NCBI GenBank assembly: GCA_035278325.1
Contig: DATEJD010000085.1
Span: 1 to 38,016, forward strand
Source of the DNA: Gemmatimonadales bacterium
Lineage (GTDB): Bacteria > Gemmatimonadota > Gemmatimonadetes > Gemmatimonadales > GWC2-71-9
Length of the DNA stretch: 38,016 nucleotides
Reading direction: 5' to 3'
Shown: positions 10,393 through 18,470 of the stretch, piece by piece
How the letters are laid out: each line of letters opens with the position of its first letter
How positions within the stretch are numbered: position 1 is the first letter of the stretch
Notes under the pieces: model-generated
Told to the model about the DNA's origin: nothing
Databases searched by the model: none
Seen by the model: only the letters and a program-made list of their open reading frames with translations
Program-made: the position numbers and the translations under genes

Positions 10393-10710
10393 GTGGCGGA
10401 GCACATACGGCAGGCGCGAGTGCGCGCGGAGTACGCCCCGTGGTATCCGACAATCCAGGTCGCGACGTGGCTGCCGGCCCGATCCGTGGCGCGGGCCGTC
10501 GAGCGTCAGTTGCTGGGAGAGACCTCGCGCTGGAGCCTCGGTCCTCGCTGGCTTCCCGGGCCGCGCCTGCTCGACGACCGCCATTTCTATTTCCGCGGCG
10601 GCAGCGAGCGTGATCCGACTGCCCGCAGTCGGAAGGGCGACGACCCGAGCTCCGAAGCCGCCCGCCGCCGCGCCGAGGATCAGCCGCCTGACGAGCGACC
10701 CTGGCCCTAG
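10393..10710 (+). CDS. Hypothetical protein
   Basis: ORF in the 10327..10710 frame. GTG at 10393 has a GGAGG 7 nt upstream. No family recognised (VAEHIRQARVRAEYAPWYPTIQVATWLPA...). The Arg/Pro-rich tail lowers confidence. Confidence 0.35.
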   Translation: MAEHIRQARVRAEYAPWYPTIQVATWLPARSVARAVERQLLGETSRWSLGPRWLPGPRLLDDRHFYFRGGSERDPTARSRKGDDPSSEAARRRAEDQPPDERPWP

Positions 10711-10847
10711 CGGTCGTTCCGCGCTCGCCGGGCAAACGCCGCCAGGCCGAGCCAGGACCAGATTCCCAGGGCGGCCGCCGCGGCCAGCACGATCAGGATG
10801 GCGGAGTAGGTCAGGTACCAGACGATGAGCCGAAAGATGATGTGCAT
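10707..10847 (-). CDS. Small hydrophobic membrane peptide (46 aa), below the ORF-track cutoff
   Basis: Manual translation: MHIIFRLIVWYLTYSAILIVLAAAAALGIWSWLGLAAFARRARNDR*. One long TM segment with a basic tail. It lies 73 nt downstream of the Nramp gene on the same strand. Confidence 0.35.
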   Translation of the reverse strand: MHIIFRLIVWYLTYSAILIVLAAAAALGIWSWLGLAAFARRARNDR

Positions 10848-10920
10848 CGTCAGCGACAACTCGAGATGTATGAAGGAAGGCGGCGCTCGCTGAATCGTCG
10901 GCGCCGCCTGATGTTTGGCT

Positions 10921-12225
10921 TCAGACCACGAACATCGCTACCGCCGCCGCGAACATGAACACCGTCGTAACCGCGACGGTTGCCCGCCCGAGCCTCGAGC
11001 TCGGCTGCCCCCGCATGAGCTTGCGATCGCTCGCCACCAGCAGGATCCCGGTGAGCAGGAACGGCGCCAGCAGGCCGTTGATGATCGCCGTCCAGTAGAG
11101 CGCCTTCACCGGGTTCAGGTTGGCGAAGTCCATCGCCACTCCCGAGGCCATGGACGTCCCAACCACCATATAGAAAGCCGGCGCGCTGGCGAGCCGCTCG
11201 TTTATGCCTTCACGCCAGCCGAACAGCTCCGCGAACGCGTAGGCGGCCGAGCAGCTCAGCGTGGGGATGGCCAGGAGGCCGGTCCCGATCACGCCGATCG
11301 TGTAGAGCAGCGACGCATACGCGCCGGCCAGCGGCTGGAGCGCCTCGGCCACCTGCTTCGAGCTGGTCGGGTTGGTCATGCCGTGGGTGTGCAGGGTGAA
11401 CGCCGTGGTCAGGATGATGAAGAACATGACCAGGTTCGAGAAGAACGTCCCCACCCCCACGTCGATCTTCCGGTCGAGCAGCTCCTCGGGCGAGGCGCCA
11501 CGCCGCTCCACCAGCGTGTGCCGTCCCATCGCCTTCTCTTCCTCGACCTCCAGCGACGCCTGCCAGAAGAACAGGTACGGGCTGATCGTCGTCCCGAGGA
11601 TGGCCACCACCGTGGCCCACGACTCCCTGCTCCAAGGCACGGTGGGCACGAAGGTCGCCCGGAGGACCTCACCCCAGGGCGGCCGGATGTGGATGCCGGT
11701 GGCGACGTAGGTGAACAGCGCCAGCGCGAGCCACTTGAGCGTCCGGGCGATCGCCGCGTAGTGGAGCCGGATGGTGGCCCAGGCGATCCCACCCCCGAAC
11801 AGCACCACCCACACGTGGGAGTTCACTCCGGACAGCAGCTCGGCCGCGTCCGCCATGCCCGACAGGTCCGCGCCGATGTTGATCGTGTTGGCGATCAGCA
11901 GCGCTGCTGCCGCGCCGGCCAGGACCCGGCGGGAGAACTTGCGCCGCAACGCACCCATGAGCCCACGGCCCGTCACCATCCCGATCCGCGCGCACATGGC
12001 CTGCACCGCGCCCATCAGCGGCCAGGTCACGAGCGCGGTCCACAGCAGCCCGGTACCGACCTGCGCGCCGGCGACCGAGTAGGTCGCGATGCCCGAGGGG
12101 TCGTCGTCCGCCGCGCCCGTGATGAGGCCCGGGCCCAGCGTGCGCAAGATGCGCCGTGGAAGGCTTACGACCTTCCGGGTCAGCTCCCGATGCGACCGTT
12201 TGGACTTCCGGCGAACCGCTTCCAT
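10921..12225 (-). CDS. Nramp-family divalent cation transporter, non-canonical binding-site motifs
   Basis: LGPGLITGAADDDPSGIATYSVAGAQ (TM1) and LGTTISPYLFFWQ (TM6), with about 11 hydrophobic segments. Canonical MntH DPGN and MPH motifs are replaced by DPSG and SPY, so I do not assign mntH. Confidence 0.88.
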   Translation of the reverse strand: MEAVRRKSKRSHRELTRKVVSLPRRILRTLGPGLITGAADDDPSGIATYSVAGAQVGTGLLWTALVTWPLMGAVQAMCARIGMVTGRGLMGALRRKFSRRVLAGAAAALLIANTINIGADLSGMADAAELLSGVNSHVWVVLFGGGIAWATIRLHYAAIARTLKWLALALFTYVATGIHIRPPWGEVLRATFVPTVPWSRESWATVVAILGTTISPYLFFWQASLEVEEEKAMGRHTLVERRGASPEELLDRKIDVGVGTFFSNLVMFFIILTTAFTLHTHGMTNPTSSKQVAEALQPLAGAYASLLYTIGVIGTGLLAIPTLSCSAAYAFAELFGWREGINERLASAPAFYMVVGTSMASGVAMDFANLNPVKALYWTAIINGLLAPFLLTGILLVASDRKLMRGQPSSRLGRATVAVTTVFMFAAAVAMFVV

Positions 12226-12294
12226 CGCTCGCTCCCGGCCGGTCGACCCACGTCACTGGTGGAGCGTCATTCCCTTGCAAGCAACGTACCTCGC

Positions 12295-12310
12295 TGGCAC
12301 CGGAATCGCA
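12295..12310 (+). promoter_or_regulatory. Candidate sigma-54 (-24/-12) promoter upstream of the GT-C-like gene
   Basis: TGGCACcggaaTCGCA compared with TGGCAC-N5-TTGCW. The -24 box is perfect and there is one mismatch at -12. It lies 58 nt upstream of ATG 12368. Confidence 0.4.
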
Positions 12311-12367
12311 GCGAGATCACGCGGGTTGTGCGGGGGACAGTGTGGCCCGCCTGGAACGGAGCTGAGC

Positions 12368-13918
12368 ATGGAACAGCGCGACCCCCGAGCGGCGGGGGTG
12401 AATCGATCGTCTGCGGGCCGAACCGCCGTGATCCTCTGTGGCCTGGTGCTCTTCGCGCTGGCGGTGCACCTGCCAGCGAGGATCGGCGCGCTCTACGGTG
12501 AGCCCGACGCCGCCCGCCTGGTGAACAGCGCGCTCCTCTGGAACCGGGCCGGTGTCCGGATGACGGCATTGTCGCAGTACCTCTACTACACCAGCCCGGC
12601 CTACATCTGGTTGGTTACCCTGCTGCTCCCGGGTGCTCCCGGGGCATTGGCGCCCGCGGCGTCCGTCCTCAACGCGATCAATCTGATCGTCGCGGTGGCC
12701 ATCCCGATTCCGTTGTATTTCCTCTTTCGACGGATCGCCGGCGCCACGACGGCTCTGATCGCGACGCTGCTCCTCACCGTCGTCCCCGCATTCTGGCATG
12801 GTGGCCTGTACGGGTTTCCCACCCTGCCCGCGGCGCTGTTCCTGGTCCTGGCCGCCTGGCTGTACGACCGCTGGCTGGTCGGGGACGGCGGCCCGCGCGC
12901 GGGGATACCGACTCTGGTCGCGTGCTTCCTCTGCCTCACCGCGGCCATCCTGCTCAAGGCGGACATCTATCTCAGCGCGATCGCGCTCTGGGGACTGCTG
13001 CTGTACCGGCGGCGCTGGTCGTGGCGCGAGGTCGCGGTCCTCATTTTCCTGGAAGCGGCGCCGATCGCGGTGCTGTACGGCGTCGCGAGCGCCCTCCTCC
13101 AGGCCTCACCCAACGCCGTCGTCTACGCGGGGACCTGGAACCGCACGTTCCCTTCGAAGGGGGCATTGGTCTTCACTCGGGCGCACGCCTACCAGCTCCT
13201 GAAGAGCTTCGGGCTCCTCACCTTGCCGCTCTTCGCCCTGTCGCTGGTGCTGCTGGTGCGGGCGCGCCGGTACGCGCTGGCGGTCCTGCTCGGGCTGTGG
13301 GCCGCGTTGCCCGTGGCGTTCTGGTCCATCCGTCCGGGGGATAGCGCGCGCCACCATTTCCAATCCACCATTCCCGTCGCCCTGGGCGTCGGGATCCTGC
13401 TGGCCCGGCTGCGCGCCCCCTGGCGGTACGTCGCCCTGGCCCTGCTGGTCGCGGCGAACTACTGGGCCTTCTCCCCCAATGCCTCGACCGTGAGGACCAG
13501 CGGCAACCTGATCAGCAGCGGGCGCCTCACCGGCCGGGCGGTCGCCATCGACCAGCGACTGGCCCGCGCCTTCGTCGAGCGGGACGAGCCCCGCGCGGCG
13601 TTCCTCGGCACCGAAACCGATCCGTACGTCGAGAACCAGGTGCTCTCGCTCGCCGACAGCGTCATCGCCGTCCGGCCGCTCACGGGCCTCGCGGTGAGCG
13701 CCAAGCAGATCGTCTACCTCCGCCACGGGCGGACGCACGTTGCCGTCATCGTCGAGCTGCCGCACCCGCTGCCGCCCGGCCGCGAGACGACGGCGGTGGC
13801 GGCAGCCTGGCGCGACGCCGGATACGCGGTGTACTCGATCGAGCTTTACGGTGACATGGGCGAGCGCCGCCGCTCCCACCGGGACTTGCGCCTGTCGGAG
13901 CTCCAGGTCCGCAACTGA
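12368..13918 (+). CDS. Polytopic membrane glycosyltransferase-like protein (GT-C / ArnT-PMT (GT39)-like), putative
   Basis: About 11 predicted TM segments followed by a soluble C-terminal domain of about 150 aa. The first loop contains YGEPDAARL. It is adjacent and convergent to a polyprenyl-phosphate GT2, the usual partner. Start set at ATG 12368 (MEQRDPRAAG...). Confidence 0.55.
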   Translation: MEQRDPRAAGVNRSSAGRTAVILCGLVLFALAVHLPARIGALYGEPDAARLVNSALLWNRAGVRMTALSQYLYYTSPAYIWLVTLLLPGAPGALAPAASVLNAINLIVAVAIPIPLYFLFRRIAGATTALIATLLLTVVPAFWHGGLYGFPTLPAALFLVLAAWLYDRWLVGDGGPRAGIPTLVACFLCLTAAILLKADIYLSAIALWGLLLYRRRWSWREVAVLIFLEAAPIAVLYGVASALLQASPNAVVYAGTWNRTFPSKGALVFTRAHAYQLLKSFGLLTLPLFALSLVLLVRARRYALAVLLGLWAALPVAFWSIRPGDSARHHFQSTIPVALGVGILLARLRAPWRYVALALLVAANYWAFSPNASTVRTSGNLISSGRLTGRAVAIDQRLARAFVERDEPRAAFLGTETDPYVENQVLSLADSVIAVRPLTGLAVSAKQIVYLRHGRTHVAVIVELPHPLPPGRETTAVAAAWRDAGYAVYSIELYGDMGERRRSHRDLRLSELQVRN

Positions 13919-14865
13919 TCGGGCGCGTCCGTAGTCTCCTCCACCAGGAACGGCGGGCGATACTTGGCCGCCAGATAGACTCGGCCCAGGTACTCGCCGA
14001 TCAGGCCCAGCAGGATGAACTGCACGCCGAACAGGAGCGTCGTCACCCCGACGTCCGATGCCCACCCGGGCTCGGCGTGCCCCCGCGCGGCCTGGATCAG
14101 GACGTAGCCCAGCTCGAGAAACGCGAGGAACGCGGTGGCCAGGCCGAGCACCGTGCCGATGCGGAGCGGGGTGAGGGAGAAGGCGGTCACGCCCGACACC
14201 GCCAGCCGCAGCATCCTGCGGAGCGAGTACTTGGTCTCTCCGGCATGCCGCGGCGCCGCGTCGAACGGCACGGTCACGCTCCGGAACCCGGTCCAGCTGA
14301 TCAGTCCGCGGAGGAAGTACTCCCCTTCGTGAAGCGCCAGCAGGTAATCCACCACCTTGCGGTCGATCAGCCGGAACTCGCCAGTCCCGGCCGCCATCGG
14401 CACGCCGGTGAGCGCGGAGAAGATGCGGTAGAACATCGCCGACGTGACGCGCTTGAACCTGCCGATGTCCGCCGAGTCGAAGCGCTGGGTCAACACGACC
14501 GGCGTGCCGGCCTGCCAGTGCTGCACCATGACCGGGATGAGGGCGGGCGGGTGCTGCAGATCGGCATCCATGGTTACCACCGCCTGGCCGCGCGCGTGCT
14601 CGAGCCCGGCCAGAATGGCCGCTTGCTGACCAAAACTCCGGGCCAAACGGACCCCGCGGACTCTCGGGTCGCTTCGCGCGAGCCGGCAGATGGTGGCCCA
14701 GGTGCCGTCGGTGCTGCCGTCATCGACCAGCACGAGCTGGTACTCCCAGTCCCCCGAGCGAAGCTGGAAGCTGATCGCCTGGTAGAGCGGGTCGAGGTTG
14801 GGCTCTTCGTTATGGCAGGGTGCGACGATCGAGACGAGGGGCGGGCGAATGGTCACTGCGGGCAT
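13846..14865 (-). CDS. GT2 polyprenyl-phosphate glycosyltransferase (GtrB/ArnC/DPM1-like)
   Basis: VSIVAPCHNEE, VLVDDGSTDGT, VTMDADLQHPP (DxD), and two C-terminal TM helices (LIGEYLGRVYLAAKYRPPFLVEE). Confidence 0.88.
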   Translation of the reverse strand: MPAVTIRPPLVSIVAPCHNEEPNLDPLYQAISFQLRSGDWEYQLVLVDDGSTDGTWATICRLARSDPRVRGVRLARSFGQQAAILAGLEHARGQAVVTMDADLQHPPALIPVMVQHWQAGTPVVLTQRFDSADIGRFKRVTSAMFYRIFSALTGVPMAAGTGEFRLIDRKVVDYLLALHEGEYFLRGLISWTGFRSVTVPFDAAPRHAGETKYSLRRMLRLAVSGVTAFSLTPLRIGTVLGLATAFLAFLELGYVLIQAARGHAEPGWASDVGVTTLLFGVQFILLGLIGEYLGRVYLAAKYRPPFLVEETTDAPDQLRTWSSDRRKSRWERRRSPMSP

Positions 14866-14903
14866 TCCTACTCCGTGCTGGCACCTTCCGTCTCACCGAT
14901 CTC

Positions 14904-14918
14904 GCAAGCGATGTGCCG
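14904..14918 (-). promoter_or_regulatory. Candidate sigma-54 (-24/-12) promoter upstream of the GT2 gene
   Basis: The minus strand reads cGGCACatcgcTTGCg, which matches GGCAC-N5-TTGC exactly. The predicted TSS is about 28 nt upstream of ATG 14865. Confidence 0.45.
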
Positions 14919-14983
14919 CCCAACCACAACGGGGGCGGGGAAGTGCCGGGGTCGCACAGTGGAACGCCTGAGCCTTGGCCCAG

Positions 14984-15358
14984 CTACACGATCTTACAGG
15001 GGATGCTGGCATCCTCATCGTACTCGTATACCGCGCACAGCCGGTGATAGCCGTCCGCGATGATGACCCTTCCGCGCGACCGATCGCGCACCAGCAGCAG
15101 CGGGGACAGCTTGGTGCCGGACGCGATCTTCCGCGAATCCCGCAGGACGTGCGTGTTGCTGACCCCGAGCAGTGAGAGCGCCGAGGCGCGGAGGATGTCC
15201 TTGGCCTTGAACTCGGTGATACGTGCACGCCGGAGCTGCGTGGCCAGCCGCTCCGCCTGAGCCGCGGCAAAGATCAGACTCAGGTAGGATTTCGCCGCGG
15301 CGTAGTCGTGATCCTCTGGCTGGTCGAGCCACTTGACCGGGCTCGATTCACGTGGCAT
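14984..15358 (-). CDS. ParB/Srx-superfamily (ParB-like nuclease domain) small protein
   Basis: 124 aa starting at the internal ATG (MPRESSPVKWLDQPEDHDY...). LSPLLLVRDRSRGRVIIADGYHRLCAVY contains the DGxHR-type ParB-like N-terminal-domain motif. Confidence 0.55.
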   Translation of the reverse strand: MPRESSPVKWLDQPEDHDYAAAKSYLSLIFAAAQAERLATQLRRARITEFKAKDILRASALSLLGVSNTHVLRDSRKIASGTKLSPLLLVRDRSRGRVIIADGYHRLCAVYEYDEDASIPCKIV

Positions 15359-15429
15359 GTGACCCCCGATGGACGCTCGCTGTGGGCCGCCGCTGCCTCG
15401 TACGGCGAGGCGGCCGCAGTCACGGCACG

Positions 15430-15879
15430 CTACGCGGGGACCCGAGGTCGCCGCCGCTCGCGGAAGGCGATCAGGTCGTGAATCCCGATCTCCCACTGCG
15501 AGACACGGGCCCCTTGCGCAGAGATCTCCTGCCGCGGCCCCGCATGAACCTCGGGGAACTCCGGGTCGAAGTCCCCGCTGAGCTGTTCGCGGAGGAACAA
15601 CCGCTCCTGCACGTAGACCCGTTCGCCTTCCCGCCAGGCCGGCCAACCCAGATGATACGCGGCCTGCGGATGGAGCATATGCGTCAAGAACACGGCAACC
15701 GGCGCGCCTTTGATCAGGCGGTCGGCGGCCTCGACCCACTGCGCCGTGTAGTCACCAGGCGCCCAGTCGAACAGCGGGGCCTGGAACTCCTCGGTAAACC
15801 GGCCGAGCGTGAGCCGGCCCCAATGGAACAGTCGCTCGCCGTCACCTTCCGGCCGGCCGAGCAGCTCGATGTCGAACAC
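15430..15879 (-). CDS. Hypothetical protein, resembles CdiI-type or polymorphic-toxin immunity proteins
   Basis: GTG start with a GGAGGA 7 nt upstream. Sequence VFDIELLGRPEGDGERLFHWGRLTLGRFTEEFQAPLFDWAPGDYTAQWVEAADRLIKG...WPAWREGERVYVQERLFL...VSQWEIGIHDLIAF. This pattern is recalled from contact-dependent-inhibition immunity families and has not been verified. Confidence 0.5.
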   Translation of the reverse strand: MFDIELLGRPEGDGERLFHWGRLTLGRFTEEFQAPLFDWAPGDYTAQWVEAADRLIKGAPVAVFLTHMLHPQAAYHLGWPAWREGERVYVQERLFLREQLSGDFDPEFPEVHAGPRQEISAQGARVSQWEIGIHDLIAFRERRRPRVPA

Positions 15880-15899
15880 GTCAATAGTCCTCCGGTGCG

Positions 15900-16310
15900 T
15901 CACTGAGTCTGGGCCACCGGCTCGCTGAAGCAGAGAATGTATCCGTCGAGGTCCTCGACGTAGAAGTCGATGCACGACCACGGCTGCCTCTCCAGCGGCT
16001 TCAGAATGCGGGCCCCGCGCCCTCGGAGCTCCTCGTACAGCATCGCCACGCCGGTGACGCTGAAGTAGGCATCCAGGTGCTCGTTCTGCTTGCGATGCGC
16101 CCGATCGCCGACCGTCTTGGGGGCACACTTGAGATGAAGGCCAAACCCGTCGCGGCTGACGCTGGCGTAGAACGAGTCGTAGCAGAAGTCGAGTCCGAAG
16201 CCGAGCCTGTCCCGGTAGTAGGCAATCGCGGCATCGATATCGTCCACCAGGAATTGCGGTGAGACGCCGGTGAGGCTCGCCGTTTGCGGAGCTGTTTCCG
16301 ATGTCACCAT
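15900..16310 (-). CDS. VOC family protein (glyoxalase / bleomycin-resistance fold)
   Basis: 136 aa from ATG 16310, with a GAGGAGG RBS. FLVDDIDAAIAYYRDRLGFGLDF...DLDGYILCFSEP. Confidence 0.75.
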   Translation of the reverse strand: MVTSETAPQTASLTGVSPQFLVDDIDAAIAYYRDRLGFGLDFCYDSFYASVSRDGFGLHLKCAPKTVGDRAHRKQNEHLDAYFSVTGVAMLYEELRGRGARILKPLERQPWSCIDFYVEDLDGYILCFSEPVAQTQ

Positions 16311-16430
16311 CCCGACCTCCTCGTATGATCCGCTGCTGATCGAGTTTGCGGTTTCCTGGCATCGGGATGCAATATGAGCCAGCGTGCTGCCATCTCCGCC
16401 GTCACGATTCGCCAGCAACACGGAGGCTCG

Positions 16431-16742
16431 ATGTCAGAGGTCGCCAAGCGCCACTTCATCCGCTCACAGGGCCTCGACGATGCCCTCGGCGCGTCCTGCG
16501 AGCACCAGTACTCCGCGCTCATGTTTCAGCCACGCGTCGTGGCCGTCGTCGTGCTGCTGGCGATCCTGCTCCAATCGGCCGCGTTGTTCCTGGTCCTGGC
16601 CGGCATTCTCTGGTGGAACGCCCTGGTGCCCTCGGGAAATCCGTTCGACGCGCTCTACAATCGGGCCATCGCCGCCCGCTGGGGCCTTCCCGCCCTTGGT
16701 CCGGCGTGGCCGCCCCGTCGGTTTTCACAGGGGATGGCCTGA
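16431..16742 (+). CDS. DUF4395-like membrane protein, apparently C-terminally truncated
   Basis: GGAGG lies 5 nt before ATG 16431. MSEVAKRHFIRSQGLDDALGASCEHQYSALMFQPR...PPRRFSQGMA*. From memory, family members continue for about 50 more aa (two more TM helices) after the PRRFAQG motif. Confidence 0.45.
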   Translation: MSEVAKRHFIRSQGLDDALGASCEHQYSALMFQPRVVAVVVLLAILLQSAALFLVLAGILWWNALVPSGNPFDALYNRAIAARWGLPALGPAWPPRRFSQGMA

Positions 16743-16783
16743 CGCTGTCGATGGCCCGCAGGGTCGCCTGCAGCTCAGGCCGC

Positions 16784-17140
16784 TCAGGCAAGCAGCGCCG
16801 CGAGCGCATGCGCCGGCCCGAGCGCGGCGGCAGCTCGCAGCACCACCTCACCGTCGGCGGCTCGGACGTCGAGTATGGCGTCTGGAAAGGTGATGAGCCA
16901 GCGCCGCCGGCTGCCCCGGAGCTCAGGCCCGGTACCTGCCGGGACCTCGTAGAATCCACCCTGCGGCAGCGAGCTCGCCTGTTCCGGGCCGTATGCCGCC
17001 GGCGGCGCGCCCCACGCGTACTGCTCCACGTGGTGAAACCGAAGCACCGCGCAATGATGAGGGTCCCGCGCGATCCGATACGCCAGCCAGAGCGTCCCGT
17101 CCGAGGAGAGCAGCGCTGGCGCAGGCGCCGTCACGCTCAT
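16784..17140 (-). CDS. Hypothetical protein (118 aa)
   Basis: Starts at internal ATG 17140: MSVTAPAPALLSSDGTLWLAYRIARDPHHCAVLRFHHVEQYAWGAPP...WLITFPDAILDVRAADGEVV. No named family recognised. Confidence 0.4.
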   Translation of the reverse strand: MSVTAPAPALLSSDGTLWLAYRIARDPHHCAVLRFHHVEQYAWGAPPAAYGPEQASSLPQGGFYEVPAGTGPELRGSRRRWLITFPDAILDVRAADGEVVLRAAAALGPAHALAALLA

Positions 17141-17226
17141 GGCCGGCGGCTCGGTCCATTCTCGAAGCATCCTGCCAATCCCTCGCGCGCGGCCGGCCGC
17201 GATACACCTCGTCGCGTGACAGGTGC

Positions 17227-17253
17227 GGGGGAGCGCCACGTCGGCGCTCCCCC
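17227..17253 (-). terminator. Perfect 11-bp GC-rich hairpin downstream of the lipoprotein gene
   Basis: GGGGGAGCGCC-acgtc-GGCGCTCCCCC, 14 nt after the stop of 17267..17815. No U-tract. Confidence 0.45.
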
Positions 17254-17266
17254 ACGGTACCGACGC

Positions 17267-17815
17267 TCACCGGCACGTGAGCGTCGACGAGATCCGCTCC
17301 GCCGTGAGCGTACCATCAGGCGTGAGGGTGAGCCCGTACGTGGACCGCACGCTGAACGCCGTCCCGCCCGGCCCAACGTACTGCTGGCGGCCCGACGTCG
17401 TCCAGGTCGTTGCGCCGTTGCCGTACGTGCCGTCGGTGGTCTGGTCGACCGACGTGCCCACGAGCCGGTACACGGTCCCCGTCTCGGCGCCGAGGGCCCA
17501 GCTCCCCATGTCGTTCATGTGGACGCTCGCGAGGCTCCGCTCCCCGTTGCCCATCTGCGCCAGCATCACCCGCAGGCGGCCGCTGTAGTGCACCTCGACC
17601 GGCTCATCCAGGCAGTCGGTGATCACGTCACCGAGCGGCACCTGGATGGTGCCCTCGAGCAGGGCGCTGTAGCTGTAGACCTGCGCCGCCGAGGCGACGG
17701 CGTTCGAGCCCTCGACGGCGGCCGGGGCGGTCGGGCCGGCGGCATCGCCGCAGGCACCGAGGACGAGGGCGAGTAGGACAGGCGACGCGGCAAGGCGCAG
17801 GGTGCGGGCGAACAT
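17267..17815 (-). CDS. Secreted lipoprotein, unknown function
   Basis: Signal plus lipobox MFARTLRLAASPVLLALVLGAC. The mature part is Gly/Thr-rich and beta-type. Confidence 0.6.
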   Translation of the reverse strand: MFARTLRLAASPVLLALVLGACGDAAGPTAPAAVEGSNAVASAAQVYSYSALLEGTIQVPLGDVITDCLDEPVEVHYSGRLRVMLAQMGNGERSLASVHMNDMGSWALGAETGTVYRLVGTSVDQTTDGTYGNGATTWTTSGRQQYVGPGGTAFSVRSTYGLTLTPDGTLTAERISSTLTCR

Positions 17816-17972
17816 GCTCGAGCTCCTTCGGCGATGGTGGTCGGGAGTGTCTGCCTCCCAGATTCGATGTCGTCGAAGGACTCAACGTGCGGGACCGCGG
17901 ACTCTTCTCACTGCCCAGGATGGGGCGGCCGGCCGGACCGGGTTTGCGGCAGTAGCCAACCACCTTTGAACC

Positions 17973-18371
17973 TCAAGACTTTCCCATGACGAACGTGAAC
18001 CGCTGTTGGTTCTTCATTCGCACCGGCTGTCCCTGCTTGCGTGCCGGCGCGAATCGGGCGTGCAACACCGCCTGCACGGCCGGTCGTTCGAACAGGAAGT
18101 GATTGCTCCGAAGGACGTGGACCGAGGCGGGCTCGGCTCGCCCATCGACTCCGACCACATACTCGAGAACGACCCGTCCGTCGTACCCCAGACCGCGTGC
18201 TGCGTCCGGGCACTTGGGCGGCGGCATACGAATTACGCGGGCAGGAGCATCGACCTCGGTCTCGGAAAAGACTGGGCCGTCGGGCGCCGGTGCAGCCGTC
18301 GAGAGTGGGCGCTGGCATGCTAGCATCAGGACAGCCGAGGCGATGAGAGTCGTCCAGTGCGGCAGGTGCAT
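17973..18371 (-). CDS. TonB C-terminal-domain-like lipoprotein
   Basis: Signal LIASAVLMLAC. P-x-YP-like segment (PPPKCPDAARGLGYDGRVVLEYVVGVDGRAEPASVHVLRS...AVQAVLHARFAPARKQGQPV) is typical of the TonB_C fold. Confidence 0.6.
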   Translation of the reverse strand: MHLPHWTTLIASAVLMLACQRPLSTAAPAPDGPVFSETEVDAPARVIRMPPPKCPDAARGLGYDGRVVLEYVVGVDGRAEPASVHVLRSNHFLFERPAVQAVLHARFAPARKQGQPVRMKNQQRFTFVMGKS

Positions 18372-18401
18372 ACGGGACTCCTCGGGCTCACTCTGGTATC
18401 A

Positions 18402-18462
18402 GCGAACGATCAGCCGACCCTTGAGCTTCTTCACGGGTGTCGCTGGCATTTGCGGCTTAGCC
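18402..18462 (-). repeat. Repeat-family copy V: complete imperfect palindrome (both arms)
   Basis: Plus strand: gcgaacgatcagccgaccc-(14 nt)-gggtgtcgctggcatttgcggcttagcc. The right arm matches the family core (compare ggcctgtcggctgcatttgcgggttaggc). The arms pair CCC/GGG, GAC/GTC and CAGC/GCTG, with single-base bulges. It starts 9 nt after the stop of 18471..18863. Confidence 0.7.
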
Positions 18463-18470
18463 GACCGCGG

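Noticed and set aside
12226-12367. Mn-sensing riboswitch or MntR/Fur box upstream of the Nramp gene
   Set aside because: No yybP-ykoY-like conserved segments are recognisable. Only an 8-nt palindrome (CTTGCAAG, about 12274-12281) is present, which is too little to call an operator.
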